This document shows, one piece after another, positions 49,701 to 64,000 of a stretch of 64,000 nucleotides of DNA. Source of the DNA: Peribolospora baueri (taxonomy: Eukaryota); NCBI GenBank assembly GCA_029717555.1, contig JAMDHS010000084.1, positions 1 to 64,000 on the forward strand. The letters are read 5' to 3'. The number at the start of each line of letters is the position of its first letter. The stretch's first letter is position 1. The translations under genes were made by a program, and so were the position numbers. The notes under the pieces are model-generated. The model worked only from the letters and a program-made list of their open reading frames with translations. It searched no databases and was not told the origin of the DNA.

Positions 49701-52315
49701 GTGGCGTCGTAAATCTGTACTATGTACGGTTTGTATGATGCCGGTCGAGATGTCGGAGGACCGACCGGCCGCAAAACTCGAACGAGCTGCGAACAAACGG
49801 AAAAAGCTTCTGAAGCTTCCTTGTGGAACTTATCGTCGAGAGTTCTGATGATGAGCGGTACCAAGCGGCCGAGGTGGTCTTGGAAGCTGCGTGGAGGGTG
49901 CGACTGGAACAAAAGCCGGAGGAAACCGAGAATCTCGATTTTGAGTGTAGAGTTGACCGAGCCGCGGGAGTCGGTCGCCTTCATCGATTGCTCCACCCGA
50001 GCCACAACGTCTGCCATATGGGCTTCCAGACCTCCGCGGACGACCAGCACCAGGTTCTTAAGGATGACGAAGCACGCTTGCCTCGTCGTGTTGGACTTGG
50101 AGGACAGCTGTCTTAAAGTGGCCTTTGCAATCGTACTACCTTGCTGGCGGAGGAGATTGACGGGGCTGTCCTCGACTTCCATGGTGGTCGTCTCCATCGC
50201 CCTCTTCCTCTTGAGTGCGTTGATGTGACCGGTCATTTCCGTTTCAGCCGAGCCGCCATAAACGTAAGTCTGCTTGAGAAGCGCCGCGAACGTCTGCAGG
50301 ACTTCAAGCCGCACACTCTCTTCTCTCTCCCCAAAACGCGAGAGCAGACTCGGCGCGACGGACTGATAGAATGTGCTGAGTAGCTCCGGCCGTGTCGCAA
50401 CCGCGGCCGAGATGACCTTTGCTGCCGATCGCCGCACCTTCCACGAAACGTCATCGTCGTCGGAATAGCTGCCAACAATCATCGTGAAAAGCGTGAGTTG
50501 CCCCTGGTCCAGCATGTCTTCGCAAGAAATGGGAGATTCAACACTCACTCGTCTGCAAGGTCGTCATCGTCTTCTTCTTCGTCTTCTTCCATGTCCACGT
50601 CCTCCTCGCCGCCATCAACATCGATTGCATAGTTCTGCAAGAGATAGCGACATTCCTCTGTGAGCATGTGATTGTTACGAAAATTGAGCAAATTCTGCAA
50701 CGTACAGGGTCGTATTTGAGAAGTCGGGTGCTGATGGCGAGGGTCGCATTGATGAAAGGCGTTACTTCGGTAGGACACTTCAGCAAGATAGCTTCCATTG
50801 TCTGGCCATAATGATAGGAGGTAGAGGAACAGGAGTGAGATGAGCACCACCCTCTCAGCGGCAACCGTATGCCGCACTTACCTGCAGAGAATACTCCCTC
50901 AGCTCGTCGTCTTCCATTTCTGCAGCTGCTAGAACCTTTGGCATAAACTCGGGCAAGCGCCGACCGGTCCTTCGAGGGGCGGTCCTGGCGAGTCCACCGA
51001 TCAACTGGATCGCCGTTCGCTGTCGCTCCAAGGAGCCACTGGCTAAGTCTGACGACGTCTGAGCTGCTAATCTCGTAAAAATGTCGGAGGATGATGCCGT
51101 CGCGAGAGCCCCTAAGGAAGAAAGAAGTGGTCGAGAATTTACGTTCAGCATCGGACATCGCGAAAAGTTAAGATACACACCAATGGAGTCTCACCCAAGG
51201 CTGTCAGGCCTCTCTTTCTAACCGCCGCGCGCGAATGTCCCAAGATGCCTATGAACGTGTCCAAAGCTGCCGCCTGTAGTTGTGGAAGCTGAACGACTGT
51301 GCCGGAAAAGCGCGAGAGAACTTCGGCCAAGACGTCGAGCGACTCGATGAGCAGATCCTGGGGAGATGCGTCCTGGAGTAGAATGGGACCATGATCCGGA
51401 ACTGCTGTGATTAGAAGGGAGAAAAGAGCGCATAGATATAAAAAAATCATATGGAGCACTCACATGCTGAACCTGCGCCAAAAGCTTCGGTGCCAGTTTG
51501 TTGCAAGCGGTCACGGCGAGAGGAGATGTCGGGGGAATCTCTGATATGACGGTCTTCAAGCCTGATGATATAGCCAGAAACAGATGGCTCCTTTCAGGAT
51601 GACTCCACAGAAGTAAGCACCCGCACTAATGCCTAAGGGACGTACCAAGCGATGCAATATCTCGAAGCTCTTCGTCCTTTGAAGATGTGTACACAATGAG
51701 GCGATCGATGATGACTTGCATCTGCTTTTCCCTCAGCTGTTTGACGAGGATGCCGAGACTGCAAAGAGACCCGTAACAATCAGCATGGTCCAAGTGATCG
51801 CAACACAAATAAGCAGATTGCACATAATCCGAGGCTAAGGGAGTGCCAGGCTCACCACTTGACTGCCAAGTTTTTCACTTCCCCGTTCTTGTCCTCCATC
51901 ATCTGCAAGACTTGGTCCACCGTGCGATTCTCCAAGTGATCGTCAAGTAGGAACGTGTCCTTCTTCGCCTCGGAGATGAGATCGGTCAACGCCATGAACC
52001 TGATCGGAACCAGACAAAGACATGGCAAATGGTCGTTTAGGGGGGTGGAGAGAGCCAGGACATTCCTCGATTGCCCCGAAGTCAGCGATTGGTGTGGTAG
52101 GCTTACCTGTAATCTGCATCTGAGGATTTCATCTGCAATCATAACAGAAGCGTGATCCGGCGCTCAAATAAGCATACAAAGAAGACCGCTCCCCAGCTCG
52201 CTTGATCAAGTTCGAGGTCCATGAAAGACACCCTCAAGACGAAGCCCACAGCATGCGGTCGGCGCACCTTGTCCAGCAGCGCATTGACGCCATACGTAAC
52301 CCTGCTGCTCGCCAT
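46765..52315 (-). CDS. CAND1: Cullin-associated NEDD8-dissociated protein 1 (TIP120), HEAT repeats
   Basis: [89 protein letters not shown]. The last exon ends MDVDA*. Confidence 0.95.
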
Positions 52316-52592
52316 GGTGACCGAGAACTCCCCGTGCAGCGCCAAGGTCAGAGGAAGCGAGATGATTGACCAAGGGTGGAAGAGCGATTGGGAAGCGGTC
52401 CCGGTGGTGGTTGCGGAGCGATTTGGTTACTAGACAAAGAACGCCGGGCTTCCCCAGACATCCATCGGCCTAGGGTTACAACGTGCTTAGTCAGCTGGCT
52501 CTAGAGCCTGAGTATTATAATGAGCACGACGTTCACACCCTTTCTTCTCGCTACTCGAGCTCTCACCCTGTCTCGCTCTTTCCTACGCTTCC

Positions 52593-55500
52593 ATGAGACA
52601 GCGCGCATGGCTCCTGCTCGTCCTTTCTCGGGCCACAGGTCCCTTTCCTAGCTCTGCCTGCCTTCGCCCTGGCCTGGCGCCGGCCCTTGGTGAGCGATGG
52701 CCGCGCGGAGACTCCATCATTGTCCCGGATTGTCGCCAGATCCTTCGCCACAAATCGTCTACCGCTTCATCAAGCGCCGCTCGCAGGAAAAAGCCGGCTT
52801 CGGACTCGCTCAAGCCGCGCTCCAGAAAGTCGTCGGAGACGGCAGCAAAACAGGCGCCCGAGGCGACTGGCTCTGCGGGTAATACGGCATTGAACGGTTC
52901 GACACCTGCCCCTCCAGATTGGCCCATGCTCGGAAAGCAAGTGCAGGAAAACCTTTCACGCTTTCCCCACTGCATACTGTTGACCCGTGTAGGCCAGTTC
53001 TATGAGGTGGGCTCAACGCGGAAGCCATCTTTCAAATAGACTGCTGTTCGTAGGACCGCCCTCACAGAACGTTTCGTTCTCTGAATTTCTCCCTATATCT
53101 CAGTCTTATTTTTCTCAAGCTGAAGAGGTTGCCCATCTCCTTCAGATCAAGTTGACCTCGCGTATTTGGTCCGAGCGTCGAGTGTCCATGGCTGGATTCC
53201 CTCTGCGACACTTGGAGAAACACCTCAAGGCATTGGTGCACGACAATGGCCGCTTCGTGGCCCTATGCGAAGAGTTTCCTACTCGCTACAATAACATGGA
53301 TGAGGAGGAGGTTCACAAACAAAAGAGTTCCACGGACAGGTTTGAACGGCGCGTCGTGAGGATTGTCACGCCCGGCACGCTCATCGACGAGAAGTTCATC
53401 GATCCATATGGATACAACTATATCCTGGCCGTCAGCGGGCCCTTCGAGGCATCCGCGGACGCTCCTTTTAAAGCCTCTTCATCTTCCTCTAGAGCAGCGG
53501 CGGCAGCTTATGGCCTTGCATGGACGGACGTGTCGACGGGCGACTTCTTCACCCAGGTCTCCTCTGGCGCGAGCCTGCGCGACGATTTGGCCAGAATAAG
53601 ACCACGTGAGATTGTGCTGGATTCAAGCCTCAAAGCGCATCGGGGGAAGGAGGGGGATTCGGTCTGGGACGCAATAGATGAGCGGTTGACCCAAGTCTCC
53701 TTTATGGACGCTGTGGCGGGAGCGGGGGACGACGCCAAGGCATATTCCAGTCCGTCGTCAGGGGACACTGACGGAGGAATCTACCATCCGGCAGTTGCAG
53801 CTTCGAGCACCTTTCTCATGATCTATCTGCGTCGCCATCTTCTTGAGCTTATGCCTTCGCTGCAGGACCCTGTACGTCGGGTGGCTGAAGAGGGTATGCA
53901 GATAGACGCGTATACACTTGCTGCTCTGGAGGTACGCGAGACAATACGAGAAGGCGGTACCAAGGGTAGCTTGTTGAGCACAGTGCGGAGGACGTTGACG
54001 AGGGGCGGGACGCGGTTGCTTGGAGAATGGATAGGTATGTGGAAGACATCAATATAGTTTCATAATGTGCAGTCGTTGACAGGCCAATCTTCCGTCAGCC
54101 ACACCTTCTGTCTCCCTTAGCACCATCCACGCTCGCCAAGCGCTCGTCTCCCTCTTCTTTACCTATCCCTTCCTACGGGAGGACTTGCGAGGCTACCTCC
54201 GCTTCATCGGCGACATGCCGCGCATCCTCCAGCGCTTGTCCCTCAGCCGAGGCGAGGCGGACGACCTCATCTCCGTACGTCAGACGATCGATGCGGGAGA
54301 AAGGATCCGTAGACGGATCGAGGAGGAGTGGAACATCGTCTCCAGCAGCGAAGAAGAAGGCGAACGGATGGGTGCAGAGGCGCGCGATTGGTGGGACAAG
54401 CTGCTGACGATGATGAGCAGGCTTTCGAACCTGCAAAAGCTCGCTGACAAAATCGCCGCAAGTGTAAACGAAGCCAAGCTCCGAGAACGGGAACGACTAG
54501 ATGAGCTCCTCGCCGCTGCCGGACAGAGAGGGCAGTTTGGCCTCGCGCATGGAGTTGCATTTAGCGCGGAGGGAGAGGTGGAAGGCGACATTGACTCGGA
54601 GACTGGTGACGCTGACAAACGTCGAACGAAGAAAGAAGGAGAAGATATCACCTTGGAGGGAGAGTCGACGACGGACATGTGGGGAAGTGCCTTTCAAGCA
54701 GTCATGAACCGAGGGTGAGTGCAGATCTCGCCTGTGGCGAGTGAGTGGTCTGGCTGTTTACGCTTGTTTTTCGCTTCCGCTTTGCAGTGTGTCTCCGGCG
54801 ATAGATGCTCTCCATGACCGCCTGGAGGACCTTCGTCGTCGTTCGTATCAACTACAAAACGCCCTCCGGGAACGCTACAGTGAGTCTGACTCGGTGTCCA
54901 GTCATGGCTCTGCCGCCAGACGGTACAAAGCCCTGATCTCTGCTCTACCGACATCCCTGGCGTGATACTGGATCAGTGACGCAGGATGTGTCGCTGAAAG
55001 AGATCAGCGGCCAAGGATTTGTCCTTCACGTCAACAAGTTGCGTAGCACCGAGGCGAAGCGAGCGGTGCTTCTCATAGAGGCGGACGGATTGCGAGTCGC
55101 GAACGGGCGCACGACAACGACGAGGACGTACCTTCATGAGGTCAGAGGCCGCATTGTCGTGTTCGATCAGGGAGCCGCAGAATTAATCCTGCAAAGCGTT
55201 TCGTACACCCGCAGGACTGGGCGATCATGGGCAGAGAGATGCGCAGGGTAGAAGAGGAGCTGCAATGGCGAGAGAATCAAGCCATGGAGGACCTTCGACA
55301 AGAGGTGAGCTGCTTTCGGATAACCGGGCGCTTGTTGTGAGCCGATTTTGACGTATTGCCCGCGTCGCGGCCAGATCGTGCGCACCGCCCCGGCACTCCG
55401 CCGCAACGCTCGCATCATCGACGAGCTCGACTGTCTTGTCGGCTTTGCCCAGCTCGCCCAGGAGCTGAATCTGACGAGGCCGATAGTCCATGAAGGGTGA

Positions 55501-56587
55501 GTGACTGCAGTCGTTCGACGAACTCTGCTCATGCTGACGGCAGACGGATGTGAGGTAGGAACGACTTCAAGGTGGAAGGTGGTCGTCATTTGAGTGTCGA
55601 GCTCGGCCTCCTGGAGCAACAGCGACAGTTCACGAAGAACGATCTGCATTTTCATCCCGGATCGCGTCTGCACATCGTGACGGGCCCAAATAGTGAGATG
55701 CGTCTGTCTGAACCTCCGTTTAACAAGGCGATAAAATAACCTTCTGACGGAACTCTTTGGTTGGGTCGAAGTGGGCGGAAAATCGACGTACTTGCGACAA
55801 AACGCGCTCATTGCCGTCCTGGCACAGACCGGCAGTTTCGTCCCCGCCGATCACGCCGAGCTAGGTATCGTGGACCGAGTGTTCAGTCGGGTGGGCGCGA
55901 AAGACGATCTTTTCAGAGATCGAAGCACGTTTATGGTGGAGATGATGGAGACGAGCGAGATATTGAGGAAGGCCACAGAAAGAAGTCTGGTGAGGCGGTG
56001 TGGGGGTGTATAGGCGCTCTATCTTGTTTTAGGTGTCTTCTGACTTAGGCTTTCCTTCCTGGGGCAGGTGATTATGGACGAAGTCGGCAGGGGAACTACA
56101 ACCATGGTCGGTATAGCTATCGCTTTTGCCACCCTCCATCACCTGTACCACGTCAACCGTTCCAAATCCCTCTTCGCGACCCATTTTCACGAACTGGCCG
56201 ATCTACTCGGCTATGCTGGAGAGGGCAAGATGGACAACAAGACAGATAGTATCGGCTTCTTCTGCACCGACGTGGAGGAGACAGGAGTGAGTGTTTCCTC
56301 CTGTCGTTTTGTTGTGTAACCCTGGTGGGCCCGTTCGACTTATTGGTCGCTGATTCGCTTTGTCCCAGCCTACCCCTTCCCTCACCTTCTCCCACCGCAT
56401 CCGACCGGGGGTCAACCGAGAGTCTCACGGCCTGCGCGTGGCGGAACTGGCGGATATGCCACCACTGGCCTTGGAGATGGCCCAAGATACCCTTTCCTCG
56501 CTTCAGAGCCAGGGTGAAAACGGCCTCGCGGGGAGGCTGAGCCAGGCGCGAGAGCTTTGGGCGCGACCTGTGCGGACGTCGGAATGA
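52593..56587 (+). CDS. MSH1: Mitochondrial MutS homolog 1
   Basis: Presequence-like N-terminus, [27 protein letters not shown], Walker [49 protein letters not shown]. Confidence 0.92.
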
Positions 56588-56933
56588 TAGATATACGCTG
56601 TTTTGTACCGCCCGCCGCCGCGTGTTTTAAAGCCGCCAGCATGCGAACGTTCTTAGTAAGAGCAGCTAGGAAAGAGAAGCAAGCGGGCGCCATTCGCTCC
56701 CGACGGAGGCGGCCCGTGCGTTGTCCGCCTTTGTCGCGTTTCACGTGGCCGATCGATGTCGTCAGCCGATCGCTCCGCCGTCGAGGGCGGCGACACGAGT
56801 AGAAGGCGGTGCGAGGGAGAGAGCGAAGTTGCTGTTGTGGTGGTGGTAGTTGTTGTTGTTGATCCATCCCCACCACCGGCGACCATCGCGAACGAGTAGA
56901 CCATAGACCAGTTCGCATACACACACACCGACA

Positions 56934-57923
56934 ATGGTCACCTTGTCTCCGTACCGTCCGCTCTGCCTCTCCGTCGCTCTGTCCATAACGCAGCTACACC
57001 TCGTGGCGGCCGCGGTCGACCCCGTCTCACAACAACGCCAACAGCGACGAGCCATGAGGCCCACTCCCGCCCCCACAGGTGTCGCTCGAGGGGCGTCCGC
57101 GGCACGGGAGGCACTTTTTCCTCGAGGCGGAGGCGCGCAGACCCAGCCTTCTTCGTATTCGTGGCCGACGGTGCCGCCTTCGAGCTCATACACGGCAGTA
57201 AGTGACAGCGAAGCGGTGGACGGCTGGCTCGGTCCTATGGACGGTCCGATAGATAGACAACGCAGACTGACGAACCCTCCATCTCCACCACCAGAACGGA
57301 ATCCCCAAAGTCGGTGAGTGAAGGCGACCCTGTTGATAGACGGACGGGTCCGCGACTGACCGCCTGACTGACCGGCCGATATTTCGATCGCCTCCCATCG
57401 TCTCTCTTCTCGTCTCGTATCCCCCCCCCCCTTTTCTGCCGTCCCATGACCCGCCAGGCGGCTCAGAATGGGGCTTTTGGGGCATCTTGGCCGCGTGCTG
57501 CTTGCTGCTCATTCTCATCGGCGTCGGCGTGTTCTTTCTGTGAGTTGCTTCTCGCGCGAGTCGAGTCTGTTCGGAATGCACTTTTGTACTTTGCGCTCAC
57601 GACGACGGATTCCCATTCCCTTTGACCCCCCTTGCTCTCCCCAACGCAGCCTCCGCCATCACCGGCGCTCGCGCCTTCTCAAAGCGCGCAACGGCGGTTA
57701 TCTCCCCACGACCACTTGGGCTCCCGCGCCCTCGTTCTCCGGCAGGTCCGGCAGGGGTGCTGAGGCATACCGTCCGTCCAAGGCTGGGTTCGTGCGTGTG
57801 GGAGAAGGGGAGGACGAGCTGAGCGATGATGAGACGGACGCTTGGACGCCTGGAAGACATGCGCATGGCGTCAGCGTCGGCGGTGGCGGCGATGGGGAGC
57901 ATGGACATGAACGGTCGCGCTGA
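56934..57923 (+). CDS. Uncharacterised small single-pass (type I-like) membrane protein, 4 exons
   Basis: Signal-like N-terminus and Ser/Pro/Thr-rich ectodomain. Canonical introns join SYTA|NGIPKV|GGSEWGFWGILAACCLLLILIGVGVFF|LLRHHRRSR (TM plus basic stop-transfer), followed by an acidic tail. Confidence 0.7.
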
Positions 57924-58148
57924 GTCGTCCCTCCGTCCTCGTCCTCGTCCTTGTCCCTGACCGACAAGGGCCGCCGGGCATGTGAAACCTAGTGTAGGAC
58001 AAAAAGCGGCCGTGACGACTGCAAGACGCCCCCGCGTTGGAGGAGAAGTTCTCGAGAGGGGGGAAAATGGGATGGGAAGAAAGAACACCCCCGCCCGTTC
58101 CCTCTCCTTCTCTTTCTTTCCTTTTCCTTTCTTCCTCCTCCCTCCCAT

Positions 58149-58196
<48 letters not shown>
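58149..58196. repeat. (TTTTCG)8 microsatellite
   Basis: Perfect tandem copies seen directly. Confidence 0.95.
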
Positions 58197-58199
<3 letters not shown>

Positions 58200-58746
58200 A
58201 GTATTCGTTTAGTTTCCGTCTAGCTTTCGTTCGGCGTGTACGAGTGATGAAGCAGACCCGAATTCGACTGAGTTGAGTCTTGTTACGTACGTACGTACGT
58301 GCGGTACCGTGCGCGTTTGATAGCGAAGCGGAGCGTTGCAGCCTCCACGCCCGTGGAGGACCGTAGGCGTTCGTCCGTCCGTCCATCTCCATTCCATCTC
58401 GCATTCGAGAACGCCCTTCGACGGACTAGCAAAGGCGTGCGCAGGGCATCGCAGACCTGGACGACGGATGGCGGGACGACGAGGACGCGGAAAGGGGGAG
58501 CAAAGGTTTTGTTTAACCTTGCGTGGGGCAGCCATGTAGAAATGAGAATTCGCGCGGGCGGGACCAAACAAACAAACAAAGAGGAATAGGGAAGAAAAAA
58601 AGAAGAAAAAAAAGGGGGGGGAGGATGATATGGGAAAAGAGGAGATGTAAGATGGACGAACGGACGGATGGACGGACGGATGGACGGACGGGATGGGATG
58701 GGGACGAGAGGGAGAGGGAGGTACTTGAAGCCAGAGGGCGGAGGCG

Positions 58747-58794
58747 GAGAAAGAGAAAGAGAAAGAGAAAGAGAAAGAGAAAGAGAAAGAGAAA
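58747..58794. repeat. (GAGAAA)8 microsatellite
   Basis: Perfect tandem copies seen directly. Confidence 0.95.
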
Positions 58795-59462
58795 GGAACA
58801 AACAAAGGCATTCGGAAGAGAGCTACCAACTACTAACAGAAACAAGCCGAGCCAAAGACAAAGTACGGTAGAAATAGGCAGGGGGAGAATCGAAGAGGAA
58901 AACGAACGACCGATGGGAGCCCGGAGCGGAGCCGAACGACGTGGGACGTGGGCAGAGATGACGGAAGGGCGGTCACTGGAGACGGGGACGGCAAACGGGA
59001 GACCGGACGGACGGACGGACGGACGGTAGGAGGGGCGAAGGGAAAAAAAAAAAAGGAAGGCGAGGAGAGGAAAAAGACGACGTGGAATTCGCTACTGGCG
59101 TGGAAGGGCAGAACGACGATCGATGCAGAACGACACAGGACAGGACAGCGAGAGCCGAGCGGAAACGGGGACAGAACGGAAGAGGAAACAGGAAACCGAC
59201 GAGACGAGACGAGGGGCTATACTAGACGGATGATAGGGCGGGGCTGGGGCTGGACTCGCTTCGAAGCGGACGTTTGGACGAACAGATGAACAACATGAAT
59301 AGGACCGGGCGCGTACGAAGCGAGGATGGGACGGGGTGCACGACGACGCGGTGGAGGAAAGAGCGAGCGAGCGAGCGAGCGTCCTGACGAGGGAGGACCC
59401 GAAGAAGGGCGGGAAGGCGAACAAACAGGTGCGCCGGCGGAGAGAGAGGCGAGCGAGGGGAA

Positions 59463-62713
<3,251 letters not shown>

Positions 62714-64000
62714 CTAACCTGGTCCTGTCAGTCGGTCGGTCGGTCGGTCGGTCGGCCGTCCTGCGGTGCCAGGAGGGAGCGCCAGAGGAAGAGGAGGAGG
62801 AGGCGACGAGGAAGGAAGGGGGGAAAGGGGCGATGGCGAGAGTGGCGGTGTAAAGTGAGGTCGGTACGAGGTGGAGTGAGCGAGTAACGACGACGACGTT
62901 GGCTGGTGACTGGCGACGACGCCGGTCAGTTCGGTTGCAGTTGTTGTTCGATCGTCTAGCGAGCGGCGCGGCGCGGCGAGCCGTTCCGAGACGCGCCGTC
63001 GGTTGTCGATCGTCGGTCGTGGGCGACGCCGGCGAAGCAAGGCGAGAGGAAAATCTAACTAGGATAAGAGGTGTATGCACGTCAAGCGGAGCGGAGGCGA
63101 TCACGAGCTCGTCCTCGTCCGTCGATTTATTCGGGGGCGAGCCGTGGCGAGGTGGATGGGGAGGGAGGGGCACGAGGGGCGAGGCGGAGGCTTCGGAGTG
63201 GGCCGAGGGCGCGGACGGACGGGCTGGGCTGGGCTAGAAAACAATGGCGCAAGGAGAGCGAGGGCAAAAGGGCCGGGGGGAGGGGGAAAGGGGGGTGGGT
63301 AGGTGGGAAAGGGGGGTGGGTAGGTGGGAAAGTGGGAAGTCGAGGTGGATGATGGATGGATAGATGTGGTGGGCGGTGGTTGAGATAGATATCCGAGGGT
63401 TGGACCGGTGGATGGGAACGGCCGAGCGGAGGGCGGTTGACGACGAGGGAAGGGAGAGCGAGACAGGCGCGTGATGGCGGATCACAAGCCGACGGCGGGC
63501 GTGGAAAGCGGAAGGAGGCGGAAGAAAGAGGGAGGCACTGTACGGAGGTATGCGGGAGGGGGGGATGTCTGTGGCGTACGGAGGGTGGAGTGGAGGGTGG
63601 AGGGTGGAGGGAGGAGGATGGAGGTGGAGATGGAGATGGAGATGGAGACGGAGGAGGAGGAGGAGGAGGAGGAGGAGGAGGGATGATATCTGTCGAGGGA
63701 CGTTTGTGTCGCCGCCACTTGGAGCCGAGTCGAGTCGAGCGACGGACGGCGGCGGGCTGGGCTCGGCTGGGCTGGGCGGCTTGGGCGGCGGTGGTCGTCG
63801 GTTGTTGGTGGTGGTGGTTTGTTGGTCGTCGTCGTGGTGGTCACCGTCGAGCTCGTGGCCGGAGCAACCCGAGGCGGTGGAGGAGGGGATGGATGGACAG
63901 TAGACAGTCTAGACAGACAACCAGTCAATCAGTCAGTCAGACTGCGTCCGACGTTCCGATCGTCCACCGAGCCCACTCTGCGCCGCCCGTCGGTGTCTGG

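Overview
Gene-dense, GC-rich, intron-rich fungal DNA, most likely a basidiomycete (GT(G/A)AGT donors, CTRAC branch points, microsatellite-rich introns and UTRs). Most ORF-track entries are exon fragments or antisense shadows, so I spliced the genes by hand. In order: the 3' exon of a Gly/Ala/Asn-repeat protein, RPB5, an SRP (7SL) RNA gene, dynein light chain Roadblock, an OSH6/7-type oxysterol-binding protein, SPC25, a GH16 glucanase, a DBF2/Sid2 kinase, DNMT2, a Zn2Cys6 factor divergent from an ABCG half-transporter, YOP1, an IEC3-like protein, an MFS sugar porter, septin CDC11, an ABC1/ADCK1-type kinase, a truncated GST, a degraded ORF plus a 32-bp tandem array, CAND1 head-to-head with MSH1, an orphan single-pass membrane protein and the SKY1/SRPK kinase. 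The most notable observations are the SRP RNA with a stem-loop inserted in helix 8, a candidate intronic C/D snoRNA in the septin gene, a 44-46.6 kb zone of gene debris, and shared promoter motif architectures. I found no clearly new multi-gene system. CDS spans include introns, and all assignments come from reading motifs, not from database searches.
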